DNA of 64,000 nt from Azolla caroliniana (Eukaryota > Plantae > Polypodiophyta). Made by a program: the position numbers and the translations under genes. Location: assembly GCA_043228905.1 (NCBI GenBank), contig JBHGNT010000002.1:5766001-5830000 (forward strand). The letters run 5' to 3'. The notes below the pieces were generated by a model, which did not search any database, was not told the origin of the DNA, and was given only the letters and a program-made list of their open reading frames with translations. This document shows positions 13,027 to 24,562 of the stretch, piece after piece (position 1 is the first letter of the stretch; each line of letters begins with the position of its first letter).

Positions 13027-13885
13027 TAATATATATATAGGTTATATGGAACCATACAAACTACAATACTTACATACATACACACACATCGGATATATGA
13101 GTGCATATTACGTACATATTACAAACGCACATCCATATACGATCCATACACATACATATGCACATATATATGTATTTGTTGTATGTATATATTGTATTGT
13201 ATGCACGAATACACGCACATAACACATATACACATACACATGTGCCATACATAAATACATAGGATAAATACACATGCACATGTAAAGAACATACATACAT
13301 ACATGCACACACACATAACACACACACACACATGACATACATACAACACATTTAATACAATAGAATATCATTGTACATATAGACACATACATGTATACAC
13401 ATGCAATACAAAACATAAATGTGTACATCAATAGAAAATGCACTCATACATACATAGACATATTATATATATACAATACATAATACATACATACATATGT
13501 AGAAATATGAACATAGACACACTTGTATAGAACATATACACACATATAACACATACATACGTACACACATATGTACATGGACACATGCCATACATACAAT
13601 ATGAATACATACATATGCACATATATAGAACATACATGCACATAACACATAGATACATTATACATACTCACATGCCATACATGCACCACAATACAATATG
13701 CCATACATAAAATGCATATATACAATCATGCAATTAATACAATATGATACTTGATGCAATGCATATATGTACATACATGCATATACACATCAATACATAC
13801 ACGCAACACACACGCGCGCGCGTGCACGCGAAATACGTTCAATACATACATGTATAAAACATACACACCCATATAACACATACAT
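12290..13885. repeat. ~1.6 kb low-complexity CATA/TACA/CA/TA tract
   Basis: Strand-biased (A+C-rich on +) degenerate microsatellite; it produces the spurious C/M/Y/V-rich ORFs. Confidence 0.92.
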
Positions 13886-16345
13886 ACCTGAGTATCCACT
13901 TCACTGCTACCCAGTGTTCTCTCCCTAGATTACTCATGTATCGGCTTACTGCTCCTACAACAAATGTTATGTTTGGTCTCGTACAAACCATAGCATACAT
14001 TAGACTGTTGACGGTCGAGGCATATGGTAACTTCCTCACCTCGGCCTTCTCCTTCTCCCCTCTCAGGGCACTGCTTCACATTTAACCTACAATTTGTCAG
14101 CAACATTGAGCTGATTTGCTTTTCATCTGACATGTTGAACCTTTCTAGAATCTTCATCACATACTTCTGTCATGATAGCCATAGCACCTTTTGAGTTCTG
14201 TCTCAAACTATGTGCATGCCCAATATCTGCTTAGCCGGTCCAAGGTCTTTCATGGCAAACGATTTGCCAAGTGCTTTCTTCAACCTTCCAATCTTCCTTG
14301 TATCTTGACTGACTATCAACATGTCATCAACATATACAAGAGAATCAAGAAGTCTCCTTCTTCGTACCTTTTTTGAACACACAATGATCGGCCTGTGTTT
14401 TCTGGAACCGATGTTCCATCATGACGTACTCGAACTTCTTGTACCATTGGCGTGGAGCTTGTTTCAAACCATACAAGTTTTTCTTTAGTCGACACACTAG
14501 ATTCTCTATCCCTTTCTCCTCAAAGCCTTTGGGTTGCTGCATGTAAATTTCTTCTACTAGCTCCCCATGCAGAAATGCAATTTTAACATTCAACTGTTCG
14601 ATCTCCAGATCCATACTGGCTGCTATGCTCAGAACAGTTCAAATGGATGTCATCTTCATGACTGGTGCGAATATTTCTTCAAAGTCGACGCCCTTCTTCT
14701 ATTGGAAACCCTTCACAACTATGCAGGCTTTGTACCTGAGCTCACTATCGACTTCTCTAGTCTTCACCTTGTAGACCCACTTATTCCTGAGTGCTCTCTT
14801 ACCTTTCGGCAGCTCTACTAGGTCGTAGGTGTAGTTCTCGTGCAAGGATTGCATCTCATCTTGCATCGCACTCAGCCATTTGTCTTTGTGCTCGTCGGCA
14901 ATGGCTTCTTCATAGCACTCTGGTTCACCTTCATTAGTTAAGAGGATGTATTGACTGGCATATGTAGTCGGTGCTTTCCTTTCTCTGAGTGGGTTTCTTC
15001 TTCCACTCGTTGTTGGCTCTCTTTCGGATGTTTCTGCCAACTCTTCTCTCTACTCGGGATTCTACTCGTCAATCAGCCTCTCCTGGTTGGACAACTCCAA
15101 CTCATATTCATCAATTGACCTTTGCAGCTCTGCTGACTCTAACTCATAGTCAGTCGGTCTCTCCGAGTTGATCGATTCGGATTCGGCTCTATCTTCGGTG
15201 ACGACTCACTTGGCCTTAAGTCGATGGTAGTCGAGGTTGACAAGGGAGTCGATTATGACTTCTGTTGCTTCTAGTCTTCAATCGTCTTATCTTCTAGAAA
15301 GACTACATCCCGAGTTCACACTACCTTCTTGTCAACTAGGTCCCATGTCCTATAGCCGAACTCATCTTCCCAGTATCCCATGAATATGCATGCTTTCGAC
15401 TTACTATCGAGCTTTGACCTCTAATATTTCAGTACATGCATATACGCCAAACATTCGAACACCCTCAAGTGCTGGTAGGAGACATCCTTTCCTGTCCACA
15501 CGCTTTGTGGTACATCACCCTGTCCACACCCTTTGTGGGACATCCCCCTTCAATGGTATTGAGGGAGACCTGTTGATTAGATAAACAGTTGTGTACATCG
15601 CCTCAGCCCAATAGGATTTCGGCAGTTTCGCATGAGAGAGCATGCTCCTTACTTTCTATGCTCGGGCCACTATGAGATTTCCTCGGCAGAACTTCCACTT
15701 GCCATTTCGAAAGCTACCATTGTAGCCTTTGTCATCTAACCTTTCAGTCGATTTTAGATTCAATCTAATATCGGGGACGTGTCGAACATCCTTCAAAGTC
15801 AGTCGAGACCCTATTGACATCTTCAAGCAGACGCTTCCGACTCCGGTTACCCTGCACTCTCCACTGTCACCCATCTTTACATAGCCGTGATCCCCAACTA
15901 TGTAAGTTGAGAAATACTCTCTCGACGGAGTTATGTGGAACGATGCCCTAGAATTAATCACCCAAGTGCATTCTTCACTTGCAAGATTTGCACTTGTCTA
16001 TTTGCAAATGAACAGTAGTTCTTCATTCCTTGTAACAATGGCCGAAGTGTTCGTGTCATCAGGAACCTTCCTGGGTTCAACATTATTTCCGACACTCTTA
16101 TCTTTCTTTAAGTGGTGGCAGTCCTTCTGGAAGTGTCTAGGCTTTCCTCAACAAAAGCACACGGGCTTATTTCTAGACTTTGATTTGGCATGGGTTTTGT
16201 CTGTTCGTTGCGGACTTCTTCTTCACCGGTTTCTTCCTCTGTCCGATTGTTGAGTCACATTTGACTCCGATTGGGACAGGACTCCTTTGTCTTTCCTGCT
16301 TGCTTCCTCATTTAGGATGCTTATCTTCACCATCTGTAAAGACAA
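13885..16345 (-). mobile_element. Degenerate Tork/TAR-like copia internal fragment without LTRs
   Basis: Gag end (ILNEEASRK), PR (INSRASFH), RT (AFLHGEL..LYGLKQAPRQWY..KWILRY). Integrase core largely deleted near 15655. Confidence 0.88.
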
Positions 16346-16516
16346 GTTCTCTTCTTGACAGGAGGTGCTTGTTAACGGTTTCTGGGGAAAACACCTTTGA
16401 TGAGCCCACAGGCTATCGGTATCAAGGGGTCGTTTTACGTGGAAGCTTCTTCTATACTGAGAAGACGATATGAGAACGAGGAGCGTACACGGGCTACAAC
16501 CCATTAGGCATAGATG

Positions 16517-16889
16517 TAGCTTGGTTGCGAGTACCGGGGAGAATACACAGATGAAGGAACAGTAAGAGCGAGATTTATATAATTAAATGAGAAGCTCACA
16601 GCGATTACAGTACACGGCTCTCAACTGGAAACAGTTTGTGCAGAGCTTAGTGCTACGATGTACATCTTGCTAAATAATCTAGGTATCTCTCCCCTTGAGG
16701 TATGAAGATCTCGGTTTATATAGTTTTCCTCTTTAGACAGAGCCAAGCCATCAGCTGATTGTGAGGGCTAAAAACTCGACTACTTCTAGTTCTACCTATT
16801 TCCTCACCTACTATTCTACCTACCGGCGAGTTTACATAATGTATTTATATTTCTGGCCTATGGGCAACACTTGGCACACCCGTGGGACA
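16517..16889 (-). mobile_element. Possible solo LTR
   Basis: TG..CA-bounded segment with a minus-strand TATA (tttatatag, ~16716) and LTR-like composition. No convincing TSD. Confidence 0.35.
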
Positions 16890-17040
16890 AGACTTTGTTC
16901 GTCGAACCCACGATTCACAAAGTGGAGGGATAACCACGGATTTTGCAAAAACAAAAAAAATCTTTACAAAATTTGCCCATTTATACAAGGGGCTTATGGG
17001 TTTGTTTTTGTTGAGAATCAAGCTCAGCCGAGCCTAGTCT

Positions 17041-17400
17041 AGTGTGTGAACACACCCTTGAGAGTGTGCACTCAAAGGTCAAAAGTCACCACTCTTATCC
17101 ACACATTAACTATGTGTCATAGAATCATATTCTATGACACATAACTAATGAGATTTCACATTCCCCATGACCCATGGGCTTTGGTAGTTAATGAAGAGAG
17201 AGAGTGACTATATAAAGCACTCTCCTCCTACTTTGTAATAAGTTCGGTTAATCTCCTTTGTAATATACATTGTCTTGAGTATTCTATTCTCATTTTTATC
17301 TATCTATCTTGTTTCTCTCTCTCTCTCTCTCTCTCTCAAACACACACACACACACAACACATATCTCTAGTCTATTCCGCTGTCAAGAATCACCACTGAT
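17041..17400 (+). mobile_element. LTR-like fragment
   Basis: TATAAAG at ~17211, followed by tgtaat motifs and (CT)n/(CA)n tracts typical of R-U5; 15-bp hairpin at 17111-17143. Ends undefined. Confidence 0.45.
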
Positions 17401-18886
17401 TCTTAAAAGTTTTAATCCTCTTCTAATATGCCGAGGATATCCTCGGGGGCGTGGGGTTGGTCTAGTTGCTTGGATGGTGGGGTTGGTGATGGAGGTTTTG
17501 TTGCCGAAACGGGGATGGTTGTGTCGTCGCGTGCGCCGCTCTCTATTGGTTCCAATTCAGGCAGGGTCGCGGTTGTAGTTTGTGGCTCGGTTGGGATGTG
17601 GGGATTTGTAGGGCTAGGTTCCTCCTGTCTGGCTTCCGTGGTGGTTGGCTCTGGTTCGTGCTCGTCAGTCATGGGAGCTCTATTAGTCCCGGTAGCTAGG
17701 CGTTCCTCCTTGTAAGCATCAGCTTCTAAATGGAACATCATTTGATTGTCGTTGAGTTCGTCTAGAAGTTGCTAAGGTATGATATTCCTCAGTCAAGTCT
17801 TCACGGAGGGTCTGGATGCTGGTGTCATCCATCTTGTAAAACCCTCGGCCCTCCTTCCTTCGGTTCTCGGCGTCCGCGCGTAGTATGTGTAGTTCAGCGG
17901 CTTGGGCTGACCACTCCTACCAGACACGGTCGAGCATTTCCTCGATCTTCTTGGTGAATTGCTAGCACTACTTGTTGATCAGGATCTTTATTTTAGTATC
18001 GTTCATGCCGATGCTAGCTCGGTGAACTTCCACTTCCTCCCTTGCGGCCTTGGCGTCTTCTTGGCATTTGCGGATGAGGAGCACTAGAGTAACTTGGTTA
18101 TCTTTTGCTTTTTCGGTTATGACCGCTGTCGTAGTGTAGGTTGCACACTATGTGGAAATTATATTTTTGTCCCTCCGGATAGAGAATGGAGTGCTCGGTG
18201 AGAACCGGAAGAAAACGGCATACCGGCAAGGAAGAGCCGGATAAAGAGACATAAATGTAAAAATAAAGGAAATACTCACTACTGCGCAGGGCGTGATTCG
18301 AACTCTGCACCTCCACGTTGACAAACCCCAACCTTACCATTACATTAAATTATCTTAAGTGTTTTAAATATAGATTTAATATGTATAAGACCTTTATTTA
18401 TGCATACCTTTATTAAAAGGTAAATCGTGTATTTTTTTAATATATGAAAAAGAAAAAACACGAGACACTAAAAATAACTCATGCACATGTAGCGTGCATG
18501 AGCCCTATACTTAGGAAATAAAAAAGCATCACATGCACATTTAGTGTGCATGAACATATGAGAAAAAGCATGTAGCTATGCTTAGTCTCTCCCATCACTA
18601 TATAAGGATGGGGAGCACATTGTAGTTGTTGTTGATTATTTGGATTAAGTATTAATCAATACAAAAATTATTCGTGGGATTCACGATTTATACATCTACT
18701 TCTCTCTTAACACCCTAAGTACCAATTAATATAGTATACTCGTGTGATTCACGAGTTTCTTATCTTTCTCTTTGCTATTTACTCATAATTAATCTCTATC
18801 TCACGAACTTCTTTCTCCTAGTCCAAGACCTCTGTGGTTCCCACCCGACTCACGCAACGATCCGGAGCCGAAAGGCACGACACAGT

Positions 18887-18904
18887 TGGTGAACCCGACG
18901 TGAA
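18887..18904 (+). promoter_or_regulatory. Primer-binding site, tRNA-Trp
   Basis: TGGTGAACCCGACGTGAA is complementary to the plant tRNA-Trp 3' end (..UUCACGUCGGGUUCACCA, recalled from memory). Confidence 0.85.
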
Positions 18905-18920
18905 GACGGGTGGCAAGGAG

Positions 18921-20960
18921 ATGGAGGCTCAACAAGCTAACAATATGATGGCGATGTTCGAACGGATGCTTCAAGAACAACGCACGATGTCGGAGATTTC
19001 GGCATCAGTAGAGCGGCTCGTGCAACGCAACGGGCAATTTAATGGTAAGGATGTGTCGCGATATTTGCAGGACTACAAGGCGGAGATGCTCCGGTGCCGG
19101 GCTTCGGAAGGACTGCAAGTGACATCCTTTAACCGAGTGGCGACCGACGGGCTTCAAGGGAGTATCCACGGGTTGCAACAACAAAATCCGACGTGGGAAG
19201 CATTCGAAGAGGCGTTAAAGACCACGTTTGCCATCGAGGACTCCTCCAAGGCAACGCGGAGGGGATTTGAGGATTGGGTGGAAACGTCAGGTAAGGGGCT
19301 GAAGGTCCTCGAAGTGTTTTCGACATTCGAAAGTCGGTTCGGGAGGTTGTCCGCGAGAGATCAAACTATTCTTGCACCGGACAAAGTCATCATGTTTTTG
19401 CGAGCTGTGGACGTCCGGGACCGGAAAGATCTCGGAGTGCTTCTTGAGGACACGACCACCGAAAGTGGCCTCACCGAAACATGGGAAAGCGTGCGGGATA
19501 TCGTCGCGCGGTACACGAAGAGGGGGCAATGGCTTGCCAACGAAGAAAAGAGGGTTTCGGAACCGATTCCGAAACCGAGAACGGGACTGGAAGACCATCA
19601 ACCGAGGGCTCGGGAGATTACGGCCGAGAAGGGAGTCGACGCGTCTACGATGGAGCAGCTGCTGAAGGGGATGGAGAATCTAAAGATCGCGATGGTGAAG
19701 AAGTCGGATGACCGCCCCACAAGCTCCAAATATACGGATCGACGGTGCATATGGTGCGATAGCGCCGAACACGATCGGAGGGATTGCGACGACCATAAGG
19801 AGGCGCTACGACGGGATCTCATCTACTACGAGGGAAACCGGATTCATTCGATGGACTCTCGGAAGCCACTCCGACCGAACTTCCGGAAAGGCGGCATGAA
19901 GAAGGTGCTCGAGGAGGAGTTAGCGGCAAGAAGCAACTATGCCACAACCGCGGGAATATGTGTCGGGGAGTCATCGGGAGCGAAGGCGTCTTTCTGGCCG
20001 GAGGTGCTAGGAAACACCGAGAAAACCGACTCCAACGATATCCGAAACACCGCGGAAGGCGTCCGGGAAGCTACGGGATGGGAGTGCCCTGTCGACAAGA
20101 ATAGCATATACGCCCTGTGTCAATTACATGAGGTGTATGTGGACGAGAAACGACGGCGCACGGAGGATGCGGCCGGACCATCGAAGATACCGGAAAGCTG
20201 GAACTCCGGAGGTAAGGGAAAAGAAAAGGCGACTCCGGCATTCAAGCTCGCCTCGGACATAGAACAACAAACTGACTTGAAAAGAGTGTTCGAGGAGAGA
20301 ATCTTGGATAGCCGGGTAGATTTTTCGCTGCGGGAACTACTCGGAATAGCGAAGAAGGAGTTTCACGATCTTCTCGTGGATCTCGTGAAAAGGAAGAGAC
20401 AAAGTACGGAGGAAAATGCTCCAAGGGTGAATGCAAATACCGTTTCAATGAACGACACCGAAGTGGAAGGCGAAATTCCGAACTCCCACTATACAAGGCC
20501 ACACTGGGCACGTGCGACTACGGAGACTCCGGTCCGAATCGGCAACATCAAAGAACCCGTGCTAGCATTGATTGATCACGGATCGGAGATCAACTTGATG
20601 TCCAAGGAGTTCTACCGAAAGGGGAAGTGGCCTATAAACACCAACCATGGATGGAAGATTCGGGCAGCCACGAAAACGACAGAAGACCTATTTGCGGCTT
20701 GTCCGGATGTGACGGTAAAGATCGGGGATGTCGAAATTGACCAAAATTTCTTTGTGCAGGATGAGGTTTCACATTCTGTCATCCTCGGCCAACCCTTTAT
20801 CACGGCTTCACGGATGGAGACGAAGGTGCTCGATAGTGGTGCGGCTTTTGCGCGAATTCGGAGCCAAAACGGAGGGAAATCCGTCCAATTCCTAACGGTG
20901 CCGGCAAATCACGAAAGGAACAAGAGGGAACTCTTGTCCCAAGTGAGAATGGATTTTTAA
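18921..20960 (+). CDS. gag: Gag-protease polyprotein
   Basis: Capsid-like start (FNGKDVSRYL), zinc knuckle CIWCDSAEHDRRDC, DUF4100-like block (SLRELLGIAK), aspartic protease LIDHGSEIN..VILGQPF. First ATG after the PBS taken as the start. Confidence 0.9.
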   Translation: MEAQQANNMMAMFERMLQEQRTMSEISASVERLVQRNGQFNGKDVSRYLQDYKAEMLRCRASEGLQVTSFNRVATDGLQGSIHGLQQQNPTWEAFEEALKTTFAIEDSSKATRRGFEDWVETSGKGLKVLEVFSTFESRFGRLSARDQTILAPDKVIMFLRAVDVRDRKDLGVLLEDTTTESGLTETWESVRDIVARYTKRGQWLANEEKRVSEPIPKPRTGLEDHQPRAREITAEKGVDASTMEQLLKGMENLKIAMVKKSDDRPTSSKYTDRRCIWCDSAEHDRRDCDDHKEALRRDLIYYEGNRIHSMDSRKPLRPNFRKGGMKKVLEEELAARSNYATTAGICVGESSGAKASFWPEVLGNTEKTDSNDIRNTAEGVREATGWECPVDKNSIYALCQLHEVYVDEKRRRTEDAAGPSKIPESWNSGGKGKEKATPAFKLASDIEQQTDLKRVFEERILDSRVDFSLRELLGIAKKEFHDLLVDLVKRKRQSTEENAPRVNANTVSMNDTEVEGEIPNSHYTRPHWARATTETPVRIGNIKEPVLALIDHGSEINLMSKEFYRKGKWPINTNHGWKIRAATKTTEDLFAACPDVTVKIGDVEIDQNFFVQDEVSHSVILGQPFITASRMETKVLDSGAAFARIRSQNGGKSVQFLTVPANHERNKRELLSQVRMDF

Positions 20961-23900
20961 AGCGGACTGTTGCGGAGTGGGGAAGTGATAGTCCGAGAAG
21001 CCCTGATACCCCACACAGGAAGAAAACTCTCGGAGCAAAACAAGTACGAATCGGGCCGGATGGGGCATCTACGTACACGGCCGTAACCGGAGGAATGAAG
21101 AAACAATACCGACAAGTGGAGGATAAGTTACGGTCGGTATCAATAATAAAAGAAGACGAAGAAATCGTGGGAGTGATCGAGGAAGTGTTCTATGGGAATA
21201 CACTACAACGGCTTGAAGAGCTTGCGGAAGATAAAAGCCAAGGGAACCGGGTAGTCCCGGTGGAATCGGTCGAGATGTACGAGATCGTTGCGAAAATGGG
21301 GCCGGATGCGCTCCGCAAAGAAGAAGCAATGGTAAGTATGAAATACAAGACCGTGGAGAAGAAGGTGAAACCGGCCGCGGGACCACTACCCGCCGATAGC
21401 GAACAAAAGAAGAAAGAAGTCTCGGGAGATCCGACACTTCGGAAGTCCGTGGATATCGGACATGCCTTCACAGATGAGACCCGGAAGAAACTTCGGATCG
21501 GTGGAGGTGGGTTCCTCTTACAAGAAGAAGAAAAACGGTTTCGAGAGATGTTGGAGCAACATGGCAAAGCATTCGCGTTCACATCGAGGGAGATCGGATG
21601 CATTGATCCAAAGATAGTGGAGCCGATGGTGATTTTCACGATTGATCATGTACCGTGGAACCTGAAGCCGATTCCGGTGCCACGGGCGCATATTCCGAAA
21701 GTCATCGACTTGCTCAAGGAGAAGGTGGCGATGGGGATTCTAGAGCCATCAAGTGCTCCATACTCAAATCGATGGTTTACGGTTCCGAAGAAGAATGGGT
21801 CACTCCGATTCATCCAAGACTTGCAACCGGTGAACAAGGTCACGATCCGGAACTCGGGAGTCGGTCCGATAGTGGACGAATTCGCGGAAGCTTTTGCCGG
21901 ACGTGCGATATACTCCATCGGGGACCTATACTCGGGGTATGACCAATTCCAACTAGCCGTGGAGAGCCGAGACATCACTACCATGCGGACACCGATAGGA
22001 CTGGTTCGAATGTGCACACTACCACAAGGAGCAACAAACTCGGTTGCACATATGATGAACGCGATGAACAAGGTGCTTCGAGATTGCATCCCAGAGATAA
22101 CGATGCCGTTTCTAGATGACATTCCGATGAAAGGATGCGCGATGGAAGAAAAAGATGAGACTATGGATGATCGGGGATGCCGAAAGTTCGTGGTCGACCA
22201 TATTCATGATTGCGAGAAAGTGTTGCGAAAGCTAGAAGATGTGCACCTAACACTTTCCGGGGAGAAATCGGCATTCGGGCAAGAAGAAATATTGGTGGTC
22301 GGACATCTATGTGGACCCTACGGCCGAAGACCGTCACCAACAAAGATCGATGCGATTCAAGCTATGAAGGAAGTATGTGAGTCAACATCGGAAGTCCGAA
22401 GGTTTCTGGGTGCGTGTGCATTCTATCACATATGGATTCCGCACTATGCACATATAGCGGACCCGCTCTATCACTTGTTGCGGAAAGGTAAGAAATTCGA
22501 GTGGAAACCGGAACACACTAAAGCCATGAGGAAGCTCAAGAAGACACTATGGAGGGCGGAATCACTTAAGAAGCCAAGCTACGAGCGGCCAATCATAGTA
22601 ACGGTTGATACAAGTCCAACCGGTATCGGGTGGGTCATCAATCAAGCCGACTCGGATGGTTCGCGGTATCCGATCCGATTTGGAGCAAAGGTCCTCAACG
22701 AAAGGCAACGCGGATATGCGCAAGTCAAAAGAGAATTGTGGGGAGTCGTGTCGGCGATAAAATCGGATCGGGATTATTTGATCGGAGCTGAAGTGGTGAT
22801 CGAGACGGATTGTCTTCCGATACTCGGGATGATGCGGTGTTGTACGATACCGGATGTGGCTATGCTAAGGTGGATTGCATATGTCAAGTCACTTAATCCG
22901 GAGGTTCGACACATCTCGGGGAAGGACAACGCGGTAGCGGACATGTTATCGAGGGCGCGGTTTGAAGACGACATAACCGAATCAGATAATGAAGAAGTTT
23001 CCGAAGACTACTTCACGTCAGAACACATATGCCGAGTGAACGTGATCCGAGAATTCCGGGAAGAAGAATACGAGGGGGAAACCTTGATGATCGGGAAGAT
23101 GCTACAAGAGGTCGAGGATTCAACCAATGATAAAGAAAGGAGAGCCGAGATCCGAAGGAAGAAGAGGCAAGTCCAAAAGTTCTTCTTGGAAAACGGTTTA
23201 ATATGGAGGACGCCGAAAAGACCGGATGGGATACCACTTCGAGTAGTCGAGACGAAAGAGCAACGAAACCGGATAATGTCCGAGTTCCACGAATCCGATT
23301 GGGCTGGACATCAAGGAACATGGGCAACTTTTGTGAAAATCAAGCAAAGATATTGGTGGAAGAACATGTATAAAGATGTCGCGGAGTTCACAGAAAGCTG
23401 CGAGAAATGTCAAGTCTACTCCGGGGTCCGACACCGAGATGAGCTGCATCCGACATTCTCACCGACAATCAACTTCAAGTGGATGGTCGACATTGTAGCT
23501 ATGCCGACCGGGATTGGACAAAAGAAATACTTGGTGTTAGCTCGAGAAGATCTCACAAACCAAGTTGAAGGTCGAGCGCTTCGGAGGAAAACGTGTGCCG
23601 CGGTGTGCCAATTTCTTTTGGAAGAAGTGTTTTGTAGGTACGGCTGCGTAGGACAAGTGATTGCGGACCGGGGAGAACTCGACTCGGACAAAGCTAGGGG
23701 ATTCTTCGCCAAACATGGAGTTCGGTTAACGTTGACAACGGCCTACAATCCGGAGGCCAACGGGAAGATCGAACGAGGACATAGTCCGATCGTGAAAGCG
23801 CTTGCGAAGGCATGCGACGGAAGGGTGAAGGATTGGCCACAAATGCTTCCGTATGCACTATGGGCGGATCGGACGACGCATAGCTCCGTGACCGATTACA

Positions 23901-24562
23901 TGCCGGCAGAACTCATGACCGGACAAGCACCGGTAATGCCAACGGAAACCGCAATCGCGACATGGACAATACTACCGTGGAAGGAAGAGATGAGCCGGGA
24001 AGAACTACTAGCGGTCCGGATACGACAACTGGAGGGAAGACCGAAAGATGTAGCGGAAGCGTCACGCCGACAACAAGAAGCACGGTTCCGGAACAAAAGC
24101 AGGTTCAACACAAAGCACCGACTACGACCGAGGAGGATTGAAGAAGGAGATTGGGTGATCGTCTATGATAGTAGCTTGGACCATCAACATACAACGATGC
24201 GGAAATTCGCAAAAAGGTGGTTCGGGCCGTACGAGGTTCGGAAGGTCTTCGACAACGGGACGTACCGACTGTCCGAGTTGGCTGGAACAATACTACGAGT
24301 GCCTATAGCCGGGAAGCGGGTGAAGATTTTCAAGAAGCGGACCGACGACAAACCTTATGTGATCCAAGTCGAGGCCGACAACGAGGAGCAATCGGACGAA
24401 GACCACAATGATGCGGGAAGCGAAGAAAGTGGATTACAACTCATAGTCGACATAAGGGGAGAATCGGAGGAAGCTTCGGATGAAGACGGATACGAAGAAT
24501 CAAGAACTTCGGCACATACCGGAGGATGTGCGGGTTTGGAGGGGGCGAGTGTCGTAGTGTAG
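20951..24562 (+). CDS. pol: Pol (RT-RNase H-integrase), reached by -1 frameshift
   Basis: Frame is open from the slippery site. RT (DLYSGYDQ, LPQG, PFLDD); RH (TVDTS, KRELWG, ETDC, ADMLSR); INT (H..H..CEKC, D-D-E, FGPY). No chromodomain. Confidence 0.95.
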   Translation, partial: GFLKRTVAEWGSDSPRSPDTPHRKKTLGAKQVRIGPDGASTYTAVTGGMKKQYRQVEDKLRSVSIIKEDEEIVGVIEEVFYGNTLQRLEELAEDKSQGNRVVPVESVEMYEIVAKMGPDALRKEEAMVSMKYKTVEKKVKPAAGPLPADSEQKKKEVSGDPTLRKSVDIGHAFTDETRKKLRIGGGGFLLQEEEKRFREMLEQHGKAFAFTSREIGCIDPKIVEPMVIFTIDHVPWNLKPIPVPRAHIPKVIDLLKEKVAMGILEPSSAPYSNRWFTVPKKNGSLRFIQDLQPVNKVTIRNSGVGPIVDEFAEAFAGRAIYSIGDLYSGYDQFQLAVESRDITTMRTPIGLVRMCTLPQGATNSVAHMMNAMNKVLRDCIPEITMPFLDDIPMKGCAMEEKDETMDDRGCRKFVVDHIHDCEKVLRKLEDVHLTLSGEKSAFGQEEILVVGHLCGPYGRRPSPTKIDAIQAMKEVCESTSEVRRFLGACAFYHIWIPHYAHIADPLYHLLRKGKKFEWKPEHTKAMRKLKKTLWRAESLKKPSYERPIIVTVDTSPTGIGWVINQADSDGSRYPIRFGAKVLNERQRGYAQVKRELWGVVSAIKSDRDYLIGAEVVIETDCLPILGMMRCCTIPDVAMLRWIAYVKSLNPEVRHISGKDNAVADMLSRARFEDDITESDNEEVSEDYFTSEHICRVNVIREFREEEYEGETLMIGKMLQEVEDSTNDKERRAEIRRKKRQVQKFFLENGLIWRTPKRPDGIPLRVVETKEQRNRIMSEFHESDWAGHQGTWATFVKIKQRYWWKNMYKDVAEFTESCEKCQVYSGVRHRDELHPTFSPTINFKWMVDIVAMPTGIGQKKYLVLAREDLTNQVEGRALRRKTCAAVCQFLLEEVFCRYGCVGQVIADRGELDSDKARGFFAKHGVRLTLTTAYNPEANGKIERGHSPIVKALAKACDGRVKDWPQMLPYALWADRTTHSSVTDYMPAELMTGQAPVMPTETAIATWTILPWKEEMSREELLAVRIRQLEGRPKDVAEASRRQQEARFRNKSRFNTKHRLRPRRIEEGDWVIVYDSSLDHQHTTMRKFAKRWFGPYEVRKVFDNGTYRLSELAGTILRVPIAGKRVKIFKKRTDDKPYVIQVEADNEEQSDEDHNDAGSEESGLQLIVDIRGESEEASDEDGYEESRTSAHTGGCAGLEGASVVV

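Noticed and set aside
13070-13725. Cys/Met/Tyr/Val-rich ORFs (also 43045-43451 and 45157-45475)
   Set aside because: Artefacts of CATA/TGTA low-complexity DNA that is open in several frames.
13808-13830. GC palindrome cacgcgcgcgcgtg as a Helitron 3' hairpin
   Set aside because: No CTRR terminus nearby; easily produced from the CA/CG dinucleotide tract.
16893-16945. Another minus-strand B box (GGGTTCGA)
   Set aside because: No proper A box, and the spacing is only ~25 nt.
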